Part shown: positions 25,488-35,557 of the stretch, piece by piece
How the letters are laid out: each line of letters begins with the position of its first letter
Position numbering within the stretch: position 1 is the first letter of the stretch
DNA from: Vicinamibacterales bacterium
GTDB lineage: Bacteria; Acidobacteriota; Vicinamibacteria; Vicinamibacterales; UBA8438
Length of the DNA: 64,000 bases
Reading direction: 5' to 3' (one strand)
NCBI GenBank assembly: GCA_963663815.1
Contig: OY760734.1
The notes under the pieces: generated by a model
What the model was told of the DNA's origin: nothing
Seen by the model: only the letters and a program-made list of their open reading frames with translations
Database searches by the model: none
Made by a program: the position numbers and the translations under genes

Positions 25488-27589
25488 TGACGCATCTGGG
25501 GCGGCTGCTGACCTGGAAGTTCAACGCCGCGGTCGGGGTGACGGCGGCGTGGTGCTGGTACTTGCCGTGGCCGGCGGAGGACCCGGCGGTGCGCCTCGTG
25601 CGGTTGCAGTCGCCGATGTGGTACCAGGCGCTCTGGGCGTGGTCTCTGGTGAGCCCGGGCGTCATCGTGCTGATTCTCGCGCTCATCGCGGAGTCGGTGA
25701 AGCGGGTGTGGTTCGAGTCGCAGGTCTCCGAGGTCTTCGGACGCGGGGAGCTGCCGGCCTGGCCGCAGTCGCCGGACGACCCCGACCCGTCGCTCGTGAT
25801 CGGCGAGCAGCACCACCGGACGCGGTTCGAGGAGGTCCGGAACCCCCGCTGGCTGGTGATACCGAAGAAGGGCCTGTTCACCGGGCTTCTGATCCTGGGG
25901 GCGGTCGGCACGGGGAAGACGGCCGGCTGCATGCGCCCCTTCGTGCGCCAGCTCCTGACGTGGCAGGCCCGCGACAGGGCGAAGCGCGCGGCGGCGCTCT
26001 GCCTGGAGGTCAAGGGCGACTTCTGCTTCGACGTGAAGAAGATGCTGGACGACTGCGGCCGGTCGGAGGACTACATCGAGCTGAACATGGAGCCGGCCGG
26101 CTACGCGTGGAACCCGCTGGCGGCGCCGTGGCTGGATCCCTCGTCGCTGGCCGGCACGATCGCCTCGCTCATCAACCAGCTCTACGGCAAGGGGAAGGAG
26201 CCGTTCTGGCAGCAGGCGTACACGGCGTTCGCGCAGTGGGTGATCGTCTTGAAACGGCTGGAGTATCCGTCGTGGGTGACGATGGCGGACCTGTACCACT
26301 ACGTGCTCGAGGAGGAGAGGATCACCGAGGACATCGCGGCGATGAAGAAGCGCCTCGACGAGCGGTGGGCGAAGCCGGACAGGGTCGACGTGTGCGTCGA
26401 CGCCGAGCTGTACGAGGCTCACTCGGAGGAGCTCGCGAACTGGGTGTGGGAGCCGGCCAGCAACGGCCGGATGGCGGCGCGGATCGCGGCGGGCCGCGAG
26501 GACCAGGTCGAGCGCGCGGCCGAGGACTGCCGGCACCACCTCGGGGTCGAGCCTGATGTCTACCCGGTGGGCTACAGCGACGCCGAGCCCGGGCACACGA
26601 AGGAAGAGTACGAACACATGGAGCTGACCCAGCGCGGCGAGCTCGCGTCGGTCGAGCTGTGGCTGGAGAAGGACTGGAAGCAGCTGGCGGAGCAGACGCG
26701 CACGAACGTGGCGACGGGTCTGTCGGTGTTCCTGGGGATGTTCGACCTGCCGGAAGTGAAGGCGAAGTTCTGCCCGCCGTGCCCGGACCCGGCGGGGAAG
26801 AAGGGAGTCCCGGTCGGCGGCGGGGCCAGGGCGAGGGCGGCCGCGCGCCTGAAGCCGCTGCCTTCTCTGGATGAATTGATCGAGCAGGGCAGGGTCGTCG
26901 CCCTGAACCTGCCGGCGGGGAAGAACCCGAACCTCGGTCGGGTGATCGGGGTGATGCTCAAGCAGGGGTGGCTCGGCACTCTGCTGCTGCGGCCGGAGAG
27001 GATGGCGAAGCGGCCCGGCTGGGAGCCGCGTCCGGCGGTGTTCATCTGCGACGAGTACCAGGCGTTCGTCACGGCGGGCGAGGGCGGCGACGGCGGCGAC
27101 GACAAGGCGTTCTCGTTGACGCGGCAGTCGCGGTGCATCCCGATCGTGGCGACGCAGTCGTTGTCGAGCCTGCGCTCCGTGCTGGGGAGCTCGGAGGCGT
27201 GGCGGACGTTGCTTCAGACGCTGCGGAGCCGCATCTACCTGTCTCAGGCGGACGACCAGTCGGCCAAGATCGCGAGCGACCTGTGCGGCCAGGTGTCGCG
27301 GATGCGCGAGAGCTGGTCGGTGCAGGAGCAGACGGGCCGGGCCGGAGCGAGCCTGCTGTCGGGGAGGATTGGCGGGGCGGGGACGTCGGCGGGCATCACG
27401 AAGTCGTTCCAGGACCGGAAGGAAGCGCTCTTCGGCGCGCGGGAGTTCACGGTGCTGGAGAACTACTCGGGCATCGCGCAGATCTTCGACGGGAACGAGG
27501 TCCACGACGCGACCCGGGTGTATCTGAAGCCCGACTACGTGGCCAAGGACCTGACGTACTGGCGGGCTCGGGAAGCGGGGAAGCTCTGA
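25484..27589 (+). CDS. virD4: type IV coupling protein VirD4/TraG/TraD family
   Basis: Start at ATG 25484. Two N-terminal TM helices, Walker A LILGAVGTGKTAG, ..AVFICDEYQAF.. Walker B-like, ..IVATQSLSSL.. Confidence 0.85.
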   Translation: MMTHLGRLLTWKFNAAVGVTAAWCWYLPWPAEDPAVRLVRLQSPMWYQALWAWSLVSPGVIVLILALIAESVKRVWFESQVSEVFGRGELPAWPQSPDDPDPSLVIGEQHHRTRFEEVRNPRWLVIPKKGLFTGLLILGAVGTGKTAGCMRPFVRQLLTWQARDRAKRAAALCLEVKGDFCFDVKKMLDDCGRSEDYIELNMEPAGYAWNPLAAPWLDPSSLAGTIASLINQLYGKGKEPFWQQAYTAFAQWVIVLKRLEYPSWVTMADLYHYVLEEERITEDIAAMKKRLDERWAKPDRVDVCVDAELYEAHSEELANWVWEPASNGRMAARIAAGREDQVERAAEDCRHHLGVEPDVYPVGYSDAEPGHTKEEYEHMELTQRGELASVELWLEKDWKQLAEQTRTNVATGLSVFLGMFDLPEVKAKFCPPCPDPAGKKGVPVGGGARARAAARLKPLPSLDELIEQGRVVALNLPAGKNPNLGRVIGVMLKQGWLGTLLLRPERMAKRPGWEPRPAVFICDEYQAFVTAGEGGDGGDDKAFSLTRQSRCIPIVATQSLSSLRSVLGSSEAWRTLLQTLRSRIYLSQADDQSAKIASDLCGQVSRMRESWSVQEQTGRAGASLLSGRIGGAGTSAGITKSFQDRKEALFGAREFTVLENYSGIAQIFDGNEVHDATRVYLKPDYVAKDLTYWRAREAGKL

Positions 27590-27605
27590 TGGAGGGGAGG
27601 CTCTG

Positions 27606-28847
27606 ATGGAACGGCAGCTCTCGCTCGGGGACCTGGTGGACTTCCTGCCGGAGCTCGGTCCGCTGGTGGCGGACGACTCGGTGACGGAGATCATGATCAA
27701 CGGGCCGGGCTCGCTCTATGTGGAGCGCGCCGGCAAGCTGGCGCGCGTCGAGGGGGTCTCGGAGACGTTGACGGCGGCGTCGCTCCGGTCGGCGGCGATG
27801 CAGGTCACGCGGCCGTTGGGGTTCGACCTGCTGCGCGACTCGCCGATCGTGGACGCGCGGCTCGAGGACGGTTCCCGGGTGGCGGTGGCGTATCCGCCGG
27901 CGACGCCGGAGGTGGCGATCACGATCCGGCGGTTCGGGAGGAAGTTCCTGACGGCGGACGACCTGGTGGGGATGGGCTCGCTGCCGCGTTCGGTGCTCGA
28001 GGCGATGGCGCGGGTGGCGTCCTCGGACGGGAACATCCTGATCGCCGGGGGGACGGGCAGCGGGAAGACGACGCTGCTGAACGCGGTCGTGGGCCTGCTC
28101 CCGCGGGAGGACCGCATCGTCGTGATCGAGGACACGATGGAGATCCGTTGCAACCACCCGAACTGCGTCCGCCTTGAGGCGCGCGGCGCGTCGGGGGGCG
28201 GGGTGGCGGTCCGGGACCTGGTCAGGCACACCCTGCGGCACCGTCCCGACCACATCGTGATCGGCGAGGTCCGCGGGGCGGAGGCGGGGGACGTCCTCCA
28301 GGCGCTGAACACCGGCCACGGCGGCTCGATGACGACGATCCATGCGTCGACGTGCGAGAGCGCGCTGTCGCGGATGGCGAACTGCGCGATGCAGGCCGGT
28401 GACGGACTGCCGTGGGACGTGACGTGCGGGAACGTGGCCCAGGCGTTCTCGATGGTGGTGCGCCAAGCGCGGGTGGGCGGCGCCCGGGGCGTTCGGGAAG
28501 TGCTGTACGTGGACGGCTACGACGCCGTCGAGCGGCGGTGGGTGCTGCGGGAGGCGTGGCGTTCGCCGCGGGCGGCGGAGCTGGGCACGGACGGTCCGGG
28601 GTGGCGTCCCGTCGAAGGCCTGCGCGGGGTGAAGGCGGGTCCTCGGGAGGAGGTGACGGTGGCTTCCCTGTTGTTGGCGCTGGGAGGGTCGTCGGCCGGG
28701 AAGAAGTTGTGGCGTGCCCGCCGCCGGCGGGCAACGGGCAGGGGCAGCCGCGGGCTGGCCGCGGTCCCGGTGGTCCGTCCGCAACGGGCGGCCGGCGCGG
28801 CGAACTCGGACGGGACGGCTGGGGAGGAAGAGGAGGCGGAGGCCTGA
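27606..28847 (+). CDS. virB11: T4SS ATPase VirB11 (secretion ATPase superfamily) with a C-terminal extension
   Basis: ..VTEIMINGPGSLYVER..ILIAGGTGSGKTTLLNA..IVVIEDTMEI..RHRPDHIVIGEVRGAEA..LQALNTGHGGSMTTIHA.. Confidence 0.9.
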   Translation: MERQLSLGDLVDFLPELGPLVADDSVTEIMINGPGSLYVERAGKLARVEGVSETLTAASLRSAAMQVTRPLGFDLLRDSPIVDARLEDGSRVAVAYPPATPEVAITIRRFGRKFLTADDLVGMGSLPRSVLEAMARVASSDGNILIAGGTGSGKTTLLNAVVGLLPREDRIVVIEDTMEIRCNHPNCVRLEARGASGGGVAVRDLVRHTLRHRPDHIVIGEVRGAEAGDVLQALNTGHGGSMTTIHASTCESALSRMANCAMQAGDGLPWDVTCGNVAQAFSMVVRQARVGGARGVREVLYVDGYDAVERRWVLREAWRSPRAAELGTDGPGWRPVEGLRGVKAGPREEVTVASLLLALGGSSAGKKLWRARRRRATGRGSRGLAAVPVVRPQRAAGAANSDGTAGEEEEAEA

Positions 28848-29069
28848 ATGGAGGGCGCGAGCTTGTGGTTGATTATCGGCATCATCGGCGTCGGCGACGC
28901 AACCGTCTTCTGGCGCTTGGTGAGGGAGATCCTGGTCGAGGACGACGACAGGTGGATGGTGTTGTTCGGGTTCGGGATGGGGTGGACGTTGTTCTGCGCG
29001 GGGCTGTACCTGCTGTTGCAGGAGAGAGCCTGCTGTGAGCAGGGCAATGACCCTGGATGCGAACGGTGA
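28848..29069 (+). CDS. small membrane protein (2 TM)
   Basis: ATG directly after the virB11 stop. MEGASLWLIIGIIGVGDATVFW...MVLFGFGMGWTLFCAGLYLLL.. Confidence 0.45.
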   Translation: MEGASLWLIIGIIGVGDATVFWRLVREILVEDDDRWMVLFGFGMGWTLFCAGLYLLLQERACCEQGNDPGCER

Positions 29070-29132
29070 GGACCGCGGGGCGGCTGCTCGAGGTGACCGT
29101 GGGGGCCGGGCTGGCGTGAAGGAGAGGTGGTG

Positions 29133-30071
29133 ATGGCTACGGAGGCGGTAGATGCGGGGCAGGCCGCGACGAGTGTGCCCGGTCTGAAAGAAGGCGCCCG
29201 GGTTCCCGCCAAGGAAGAGGATTGGATCTCCGACACGAAGGGGGACGGAGACGGGAACGGTACGCCCCCTGCTGAGAATGCGCCGGCCGAGCAGCAGGGC
29301 GAGGGGAGTTCTGCACGGGGGAGAGAGAGTGCCGGGCAGGGCGCGGGGGACTCGGCGGGGTCGGGGAAGGGCGGCGGGCAGGAGCGAAGCCTGGCGTCGA
29401 CGGCGACGTCGGCGTCGGACGATTCGGGTGAGCTGATAAGGCTGCTGCGTGACTTGGAGTCGGGTGACCGTAGCCTCGGCCCGGACCGCGCGCTGCTGGC
29501 GGCGGAAGCGGTCGGCGCGCTCTTCTCGGCGCCGGGCGGGATGTCGGTGCGGGAGAACGCGGCGCTGGTCATCCGGGAGCTGGCGCGCGCGGGGGTCGAC
29601 GTCGGCAAGATGCTCGCGGCGATCGCGGAGGTCTCGGCCCGGGACCGCACGGCGGTGGTGGCGGGTGAGCTGCAGGAAGGCCTGAAGGACGTTATCGCCC
29701 TCGTGCACCGGATGGCGGCGGCGACGTCGTCGCGCGTGGGCGCGCATCTGAGCGGCTTCGACGAGCGCGCCCAGGGCGTGGTCACATCGGCGCTGATGGC
29801 GCAGGCGGTGCTCGACCAGGTGGAGGCGAACAGCCGGAAGTTGATCGTGCGTTTCGACGAGGTCAAGCGGACGACGGAGGGCCTGGGGTCCAGGGTCGGC
29901 GCCGCGAAGGTCGAGGTCCAGGCGGCGGCGACGGCGGCCGAGGGCTGGGTGGAGAACGCGGGGACGCTGGGCCGCGGCGTGTGGTGGTGGGCGCTCGTGG
30001 GCGGGGTCATGGGCGGGGTCATGAGCGGCGCGTTCGCCGGTCTCATCCAGAGGGCGCTGGCGGGGCTGTGA
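29133..30071 (+). CDS. hypothetical protein, disordered Gly/Ser/Glu-rich N-terminus, helical middle, C-terminal TM
   Basis: GGAGAGG upstream. C-terminus ..GVWWWALVGGVMGGVMSGAFAGLI.. Confidence 0.5.
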   Translation: MATEAVDAGQAATSVPGLKEGARVPAKEEDWISDTKGDGDGNGTPPAENAPAEQQGEGSSARGRESAGQGAGDSAGSGKGGGQERSLASTATSASDDSGELIRLLRDLESGDRSLGPDRALLAAEAVGALFSAPGGMSVRENAALVIRELARAGVDVGKMLAAIAEVSARDRTAVVAGELQEGLKDVIALVHRMAAATSSRVGAHLSGFDERAQGVVTSALMAQAVLDQVEANSRKLIVRFDEVKRTTEGLGSRVGAAKVEVQAAATAAEGWVENAGTLGRGVWWWALVGGVMGGVMSGAFAGLIQRALAGL

Positions 30072-32986
30072 TGGCTCAGAGGGACGGTACTGCGCGGTCC
30101 GCGACGGCGTTCGACGGCGAGGACCTCGTCCGCCGGTTGACGGGAGCCGGTGGCGACGAGCGCGCCGAGCGGAAGGCGGTCGGCCAGTACCTCGCGGAGC
30201 TGTCCGCGGCCGCCCGTGGGGCGAAGCTGGACGCCCTCCGGTCGGGCGTGGCGGAGGCGCGGGCGCGGCGCGAGAAGGAGAACCCGCCGCCGGACTGGTG
30301 GACGCTCGCCAACGGGATCGAGCAGAAGGAGGCGGAGGTCGGTCGCGAGTGGCGGCTCCAGGCGAAGTCGGTGGCGGGGGCGCTCGAGGAGTTCGCTCAG
30401 GCCGACCGGGGCAAGGACCGCGCCTGGCTGCGGCAAGAGGTCGCGGCGCTCAAGTCGCCGGAGTACGACCCGTTCGCGGAGAGGCGCGGCGGCGCGGCGG
30501 AGCGGGAGGCGGCGACCGCAACCGTCTCCACCGCGGGCACGGGTCGCGCGGCCGCGGCGCTGCAGGTGGACGGAACGCCGGCCGCGGTGGGCGGCGAGAA
30601 GGGGAAGGGCGATCGATCTCCGGAGCCGGGTCCGTACAGGAGGTCGCTCGCCGAGCGGCTCGTGGCGAACCCCGAGCACCCCGAAACGGTCATCAAGCAG
30701 GCCGTGCACGAGTACCTCGAGGAGGCCGGCTCAAAGTACCTGGAGCGGCTCGAGAAGGCCCTCGACGCGAGTCTGCGCACGCCCGCCGCCAAGGCGCTGG
30801 CGGAGTGCGACGCGGCGAAGCGGGAGTTCCGGGAGACGGAGCGGACGGTGGTCGTTCAGGCGGCGGGCGTGAAGCAGGACCTCAAGGAGCAGCCGGAGCG
30901 CCAGTCGGCGGCGCGCGAGCCGTCGCCGGCCGGGCCCGCGGGCGCGATGCGTGAGCGCGTCGGCACAGGGGAGAGGGGCCTGGGTCGTCGGTCCCTCGAC
31001 GCGGAACGCACCCGCGAGGCGCAGGCGGACATGGAGGGCGGCCCCCGCGCGTTCGCGGCCGGCGTCACCTACCGCCTCGGCCTCCAGGTCGCCGCGGCGC
31101 GCGGCGAGGACGCGCTGGCGCGGATGGGAGAGCGGATCGAGGCCTCGACACGCGCGCAGGCCGGGCTGCGCACGGTGGGCGCGGACCCGCTCCTGGTGGC
31201 GGCCGCGGCCGACGCGATGGCGCGCAAGCGCGGCGACGGCTCGTCTCAGGTCGCCGACGTGCTCGAGGGGCGGACGGCGGAGCCGGTTCGGACGAAGACG
31301 GCGATCCTGGCCGTGGACATGCTCCACGCGCACCGTCGGGAGTGCTCCGAGTTCCCGGACCGGGCGGCGGCGAAGGAGGAGGTCTGGGAGCGCGGGCGGC
31401 GGACGCTGGCGGCGGGCCCGGCGGCGGAGTCGGCCGCGCGGGGCTCGCGCACGTGGGGAGCGGCGTGCGCGGTGGAGATCGCCGCGGCCCGCGGCGGCCG
31501 CGTGGAGAAGACGCCGCCGGCGGACTGGAAGCCGGGTCCCGGCATGGAGGGCCTGGCGTTGTCGGACCGGGGCCGGGCGGCGGTGGGCGTCGCGCGGAAG
31601 AAGGACTCGGCAGCGCTCCGGCAGCACGACGCCGCGGCGGGGCCGGTCGTCGAGGGCACGGGCCGGGGTTCGGTCCGCAGCCTCGCGGGCCGGCGGGCGG
31701 AGGGCTTCAACCGGGTGCGGCAGCTGGCGGACGGCTTGCCCGGGCGGCTGATGGCGCCGGTGTCGCGCAGGCTGGTGACCTGGGCGGCGCGGGGGGACGT
31801 CACGCGGCTGAAGCGCGTTGGGGCGGTCATCGGCCGCTCGAAGTGGCTCTCGGCCGGTGTGGTCGCGGCGCGGGTGGACCCGGCACTCGTCGCGGTGGCG
31901 GTGTCGCGGCAGTGCGCGACGTCGCTCGCGGAAGGGAAGGGCTGGACGCCTCGGGCGGGCGACAACCGGCGCCTGAGCCAGCTGGCGGTGGAGGCGTTCG
32001 AGCGGCACGACCGGCGGGAGTCGGGCGGCGCGCCCGGGGAGAGGGAGGCCCGCGAGGAGCGCTTCGGCGCCTGGCGGGCCGGCGTGTCATCTGGGGTTGC
32101 GAAGGAGCTCCGGGAGGTCCATGCCGGTTGGGACCGGCGGAAGAACCACGAGTGGTGCGAGTTCGGGGACCGTCAGGCCGATGCGGCCCGCGCCCGGGCG
32201 GGCAGGGACGCCGAGGTCCACGACGACGTCGGCCGGGTCAGGAACGGCGAGAAGCTGTGGGCGCAGCCGAGCGTGGCGAGGACGGAGAAGACGGAGAGGA
32301 AGTCCTTCTCGGAGCTCTTCACGCGGGCGGACGTGCCGGACGCCGACGGCGGCCGCGTGGTCTTCACGGCGAAAGCGGGTGTCGAGCCGAAGACGCGTGA
32401 GGTCTTCGCGCAGCTGCTGCAGCAGTCCGGCTGTGAGCTGGCGGTCTCTGACCAGGGCGACGGCCGGATCGTGGTCGAGCCGAGCAAGCGTCGGGTGGTG
32501 GTCGACCGCGAGGCGCTGAAGGGACCGGACGCCGGCTCGGTCCTGCTGGTCGCGGCCGCGTCGGCGTTCGTCGCGGCGCGGAGTGACGGGGCGCGTGTCG
32601 ACCGGGGGGACGGCCTGACGGCGGCGGGCATGGTCGCGTCGAGAGTCGCGTGCGAGCAGGGCCTCGACTACCAGCCGCCGAGGGTGTTGAGGGAGCTCTC
32701 GGTGGACCGGTGGTCGGAGAAGGCCGTGGCCGAGGGGAGCCGGCACGCGCGGGCGGCCGCCGATCTGGTGGCGAGCCGGCTGGACGGCCGGGACCGGCCG
32801 TCTCCGGAGGCGCAGTCGCGGATCGACGAGGCTCACGCCGCGGTCCGGCGGGCGGCCATCGACAGCGCGCACGATCGGGTTGCCGGCCGCGAGCTCGACC
32901 GGGGCCGCGTCCAGGCGCAGGCGCGCGACCTGCCGACGACGCAGACCTTGAACCTGCCCGCGCCGGCGGTGGCGCCGGCGAGGTGA
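30071..32986 (+). CDS. large (about 971 aa) hypothetical protein, Ala/Arg/Glu-rich, with an ArdC-like motif near the C-terminus
   Basis: Coupled ATG at 30071. No relaxase, helicase or primase motif recognised. ..LTAAGMVASRVACEQGLDYQPP.. parallels the motif in 7897..9402 and 10259..11494. Confidence 0.55.
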   Translation: MAQRDGTARSATAFDGEDLVRRLTGAGGDERAERKAVGQYLAELSAAARGAKLDALRSGVAEARARREKENPPPDWWTLANGIEQKEAEVGREWRLQAKSVAGALEEFAQADRGKDRAWLRQEVAALKSPEYDPFAERRGGAAEREAATATVSTAGTGRAAAALQVDGTPAAVGGEKGKGDRSPEPGPYRRSLAERLVANPEHPETVIKQAVHEYLEEAGSKYLERLEKALDASLRTPAAKALAECDAAKREFRETERTVVVQAAGVKQDLKEQPERQSAAREPSPAGPAGAMRERVGTGERGLGRRSLDAERTREAQADMEGGPRAFAAGVTYRLGLQVAAARGEDALARMGERIEASTRAQAGLRTVGADPLLVAAAADAMARKRGDGSSQVADVLEGRTAEPVRTKTAILAVDMLHAHRRECSEFPDRAAAKEEVWERGRRTLAAGPAAESAARGSRTWGAACAVEIAAARGGRVEKTPPADWKPGPGMEGLALSDRGRAAVGVARKKDSAALRQHDAAAGPVVEGTGRGSVRSLAGRRAEGFNRVRQLADGLPGRLMAPVSRRLVTWAARGDVTRLKRVGAVIGRSKWLSAGVVAARVDPALVAVAVSRQCATSLAEGKGWTPRAGDNRRLSQLAVEAFERHDRRESGGAPGEREAREERFGAWRAGVSSGVAKELREVHAGWDRRKNHEWCEFGDRQADAARARAGRDAEVHDDVGRVRNGEKLWAQPSVARTEKTERKSFSELFTRADVPDADGGRVVFTAKAGVEPKTREVFAQLLQQSGCELAVSDQGDGRIVVEPSKRRVVVDREALKGPDAGSVLLVAAASAFVAARSDGARVDRGDGLTAAGMVASRVACEQGLDYQPPRVLRELSVDRWSEKAVAEGSRHARAAADLVASRLDGRDRPSPEAQSRIDEAHAAVRRAAIDSAHDRVAGRELDRGRVQAQARDLPTTQTLNLPAPAVAPAR

Positions 32987-33011
32987 GGGGTGAACGACCA
33001 GGGAGGGGGCC

Positions 33012-35321
33012 ATGAGTTTCTCGAGGGCGTTTCGGCGTGCGGGCGCGGCGGTGGTCCTGGCGGCGGCCGCGGCGCTCGTGTGGGGAGAGTCGGACGAGGC
33101 GGCCGTGGTGCGGGCGCAGCAGCTGGCCGTCGTCTGCGACCAGGACTGGAGCACGGCGGTCAAGGGCCGCGTGAACTGCTTCGTCGACAGCGCCGGCCGG
33201 GGGCGGCGGCTGCGGCGTCGTCATCCGGTCCCTCCGCCGGGCGGGAGCGCTACGAACGTCGGCAACTTCCAGGCCGGGGCCCAGTACTGGGACTACCGCG
33301 TCCGCCGCCGGGGCGGCTTGCCGCTCCTCTACTGCTCGGCGTCGACGCCGGTGCGTGGCCCGGAGCCGCCTTGGCGCGCGGAAGCGATGGGGGGCGCGAT
33401 CCGGATCGGTGAGCTGGACTACGGCCGCGTTCAGGCTCCGGCTGACTCCGACCGGCTGGTGGAGACGTTCTGGGGCGGGCGGACCGACACGCGGCGGTGG
33501 ACTCGGCGCAGCCGGTACGACCGCGAGGGTGGCCGCTGGGAGGCGGAGACCTGGGAGGTGGAGGGCGCGGGTCCGGACCCTGACGAGGACGGGGAGTCGG
33601 ACGGTACCGCCGCCGGCGGGCGCGACGGCCTGGCGGCGGGCTCTCCGGGCGCGAGCTGCCCCGAGGACGGCCTGCTCGTGAATCGGTTGGTGACGGCGGG
33701 GCGGCTCCTGGGCGGTTGCATGGCGGGGAGCCCCGCCGGCGAGCACTGGATCCACGACGGCGGCCGGTTGCGGGGGGAGGCGCGCTACCGCCCGCGCGGA
33801 CAGGACGGCGGGGAGGAGGACGACGACGAGGAGGAGGGAGAGGACGACGACGGCGGAGCGGACGAAGACGACGATGAAGGGAACGACGGCGACCCCGACG
33901 GGGGGGGCGACGAGGACGACAACGACAACTGCATGGAGGGCGGTGAGAACAACGCCGTCAACGAAGGCTGCCTGGACGACCAGGAGGAGGACTCGGAAGG
34001 CGGGGAAGGCAACCTCGGCGATGGGCCGGAGACCGGGAACGGCGGGGTCGACGATCCCCTGTCGGGCGGGGATGGGTCGCCGGGCGGCGGAGTGGGCGAT
34101 ACCGGGGACGGCATCGACTACCAGGACGGCGCCGGCGTCGTGGCCGTCCGCCACAACCTGGCGTGTCTCGAGCTGAACGCGTGGGAGGTGAGGGAGCGGG
34201 TCGTCGTGGAGACGGTGGACGTCTACGACCCGAGCTGCGACCTCGGCGGGAACGGACTCAGGGACCCGTCGTGCGACCTCAGGGGCTTCGACGCGAACGG
34301 CAATCTGCAGCGGGAGGAGTCGCGGCGCGAGCTCTACTGGGCGCGGATTCGCGGCCCCGAGAACGTCCCCTGGGCGCGGGTGTTCTGGGAGGGCCTGCCG
34401 TCGGAGATGGGCGGGCCGTTCGGGTCGGACGGGGCCGGCGCGGTCGTGATGGGCCAGGACGGCAGCGGCTATTGCCTCCTCCGGCAGGGGCTCGTCCGGA
34501 ACCCCGCCCTGCCCGGCGTCGTGCCGTCGGTGTCGCGGTACCTCGCCGGTGTCTGGGCGGAGCCCTTCCGCGGGAGCGTCGCGGCGGTGTGCCCGCCGCA
34601 GGAGGACTCCTTCGGCGCCTCGGTGGCGGTCGCCGGCGCCGGGACGTTCGGTGCGGCCGATGCGCGGTTCGATGTCCGGGTCTCGGTCGATCACGCGCCG
34701 GCCGTCGGGCAGCCCGGGCTCGACGAGGACCGACCGCAGGCCGACTATCGGTCGATGCGCCCCTGCGCCGACCATCCCGAGGGCGCGACGGGCTGCGGCG
34801 AGGCCTTCGCGTCGAGCGACGCCCGCCGGCAGCGCCTGGCCGAGGCCGAGCGGCTGATCGGGGTGGAGGAGTCGCGGGGCAACACCCGTTCCTGGTCGGT
34901 GGGGAAGGACGCGGAGGTCGTGGCGTTCGACTGGCGGCTCGCGGACACGTTCAATCGGCCGCACGTGGACGGCGTGGACCGCGTCCTCGCCCTCGAGACG
35001 GACCACGTCGACGCCGTCGGCGACTTCGGGTCGGCGACGAGCAGCGAGTCCCGCGTGCTGGCGGGTCCGTGGTTCGGGTGCGGGAGCCTCAAGGGCACGA
35101 TGTTCGGCGACTCGGACTCGCTGATGAGCTGGTGGAAGGGGCGCGGCGCGAACCTGCAGGACGAGCAGCTGGCGTTCGTGGCGGCCGTGCAGCCGCTGGC
35201 CGACGCGGTGGTCGCGGCGGAGACGGAGGCGGCGCGCGCGGGTGCGCGGGCGGCGTTCGAGGCGGCGGTCGCCGAGCGCTATCTCGAAGCCCGGGGCGAC
35301 ACCCGAGGCATCTGCGGGTGA
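33012..35321 (+). CDS. secreted 769-aa protein with an extremely acidic Asp/Glu/Gly low-complexity core
   Basis: GGGAGGGGG upstream. Signal peptide MSFSRAFRRAGAAVVLAAAAALVWG. Residues about 262-375 read ..GGEEDDDEEEGEDDDGGADEDDDEGNDGDPDGGGDEDDNDN... Many Cys. Confidence 0.6.
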   Translation: MSFSRAFRRAGAAVVLAAAAALVWGESDEAAVVRAQQLAVVCDQDWSTAVKGRVNCFVDSAGRGRRLRRRHPVPPPGGSATNVGNFQAGAQYWDYRVRRRGGLPLLYCSASTPVRGPEPPWRAEAMGGAIRIGELDYGRVQAPADSDRLVETFWGGRTDTRRWTRRSRYDREGGRWEAETWEVEGAGPDPDEDGESDGTAAGGRDGLAAGSPGASCPEDGLLVNRLVTAGRLLGGCMAGSPAGEHWIHDGGRLRGEARYRPRGQDGGEEDDDEEEGEDDDGGADEDDDEGNDGDPDGGGDEDDNDNCMEGGENNAVNEGCLDDQEEDSEGGEGNLGDGPETGNGGVDDPLSGGDGSPGGGVGDTGDGIDYQDGAGVVAVRHNLACLELNAWEVRERVVVETVDVYDPSCDLGGNGLRDPSCDLRGFDANGNLQREESRRELYWARIRGPENVPWARVFWEGLPSEMGGPFGSDGAGAVVMGQDGSGYCLLRQGLVRNPALPGVVPSVSRYLAGVWAEPFRGSVAAVCPPQEDSFGASVAVAGAGTFGAADARFDVRVSVDHAPAVGQPGLDEDRPQADYRSMRPCADHPEGATGCGEAFASSDARRQRLAEAERLIGVEESRGNTRSWSVGKDAEVVAFDWRLADTFNRPHVDGVDRVLALETDHVDAVGDFGSATSSESRVLAGPWFGCGSLKGTMFGDSDSLMSWWKGRGANLQDEQLAFVAAVQPLADAVVAAETEAARAGARAAFEAAVAERYLEARGDTRGICG

Positions 35322-35353
35322 CCGGGGGGTTCCGGGGCCGGTATCCCTGCGCG

Positions 35354-35539
35354 ATGTCGGTGCGGCTGACGCGGGAGCAGCTGGAGGAGCTGGATCGGTT
35401 GAGCCAGGAGTTCCGGGTGTCTCGGGCGCAGCTGCTACGGGAGGCCATCGACCTGGGGTTCAAGCCGATGGTGAAGCGCCTTCGCCGGGACCGCGGCGGG
35501 ACGGGACCCGGCGGCGGTCCGGTGAACGGGGCGGATTGA
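35354..35539 (+). CDS. ribbon-helix-helix (CopG/Arc/MetJ-type) DNA-binding protein
   Basis: MSVRLTREQLEELDRLSQEFRVSRAQLLREAIDLGF: canonical RHH beta-alpha-alpha pattern, 61 aa. Confidence 0.6.
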   Translation: MSVRLTREQLEELDRLSQEFRVSRAQLLREAIDLGFKPMVKRLRRDRGGTGPGGGPVNGAD

Positions 35540-35557
35540 AATCGAAAGGGGTGGGGG

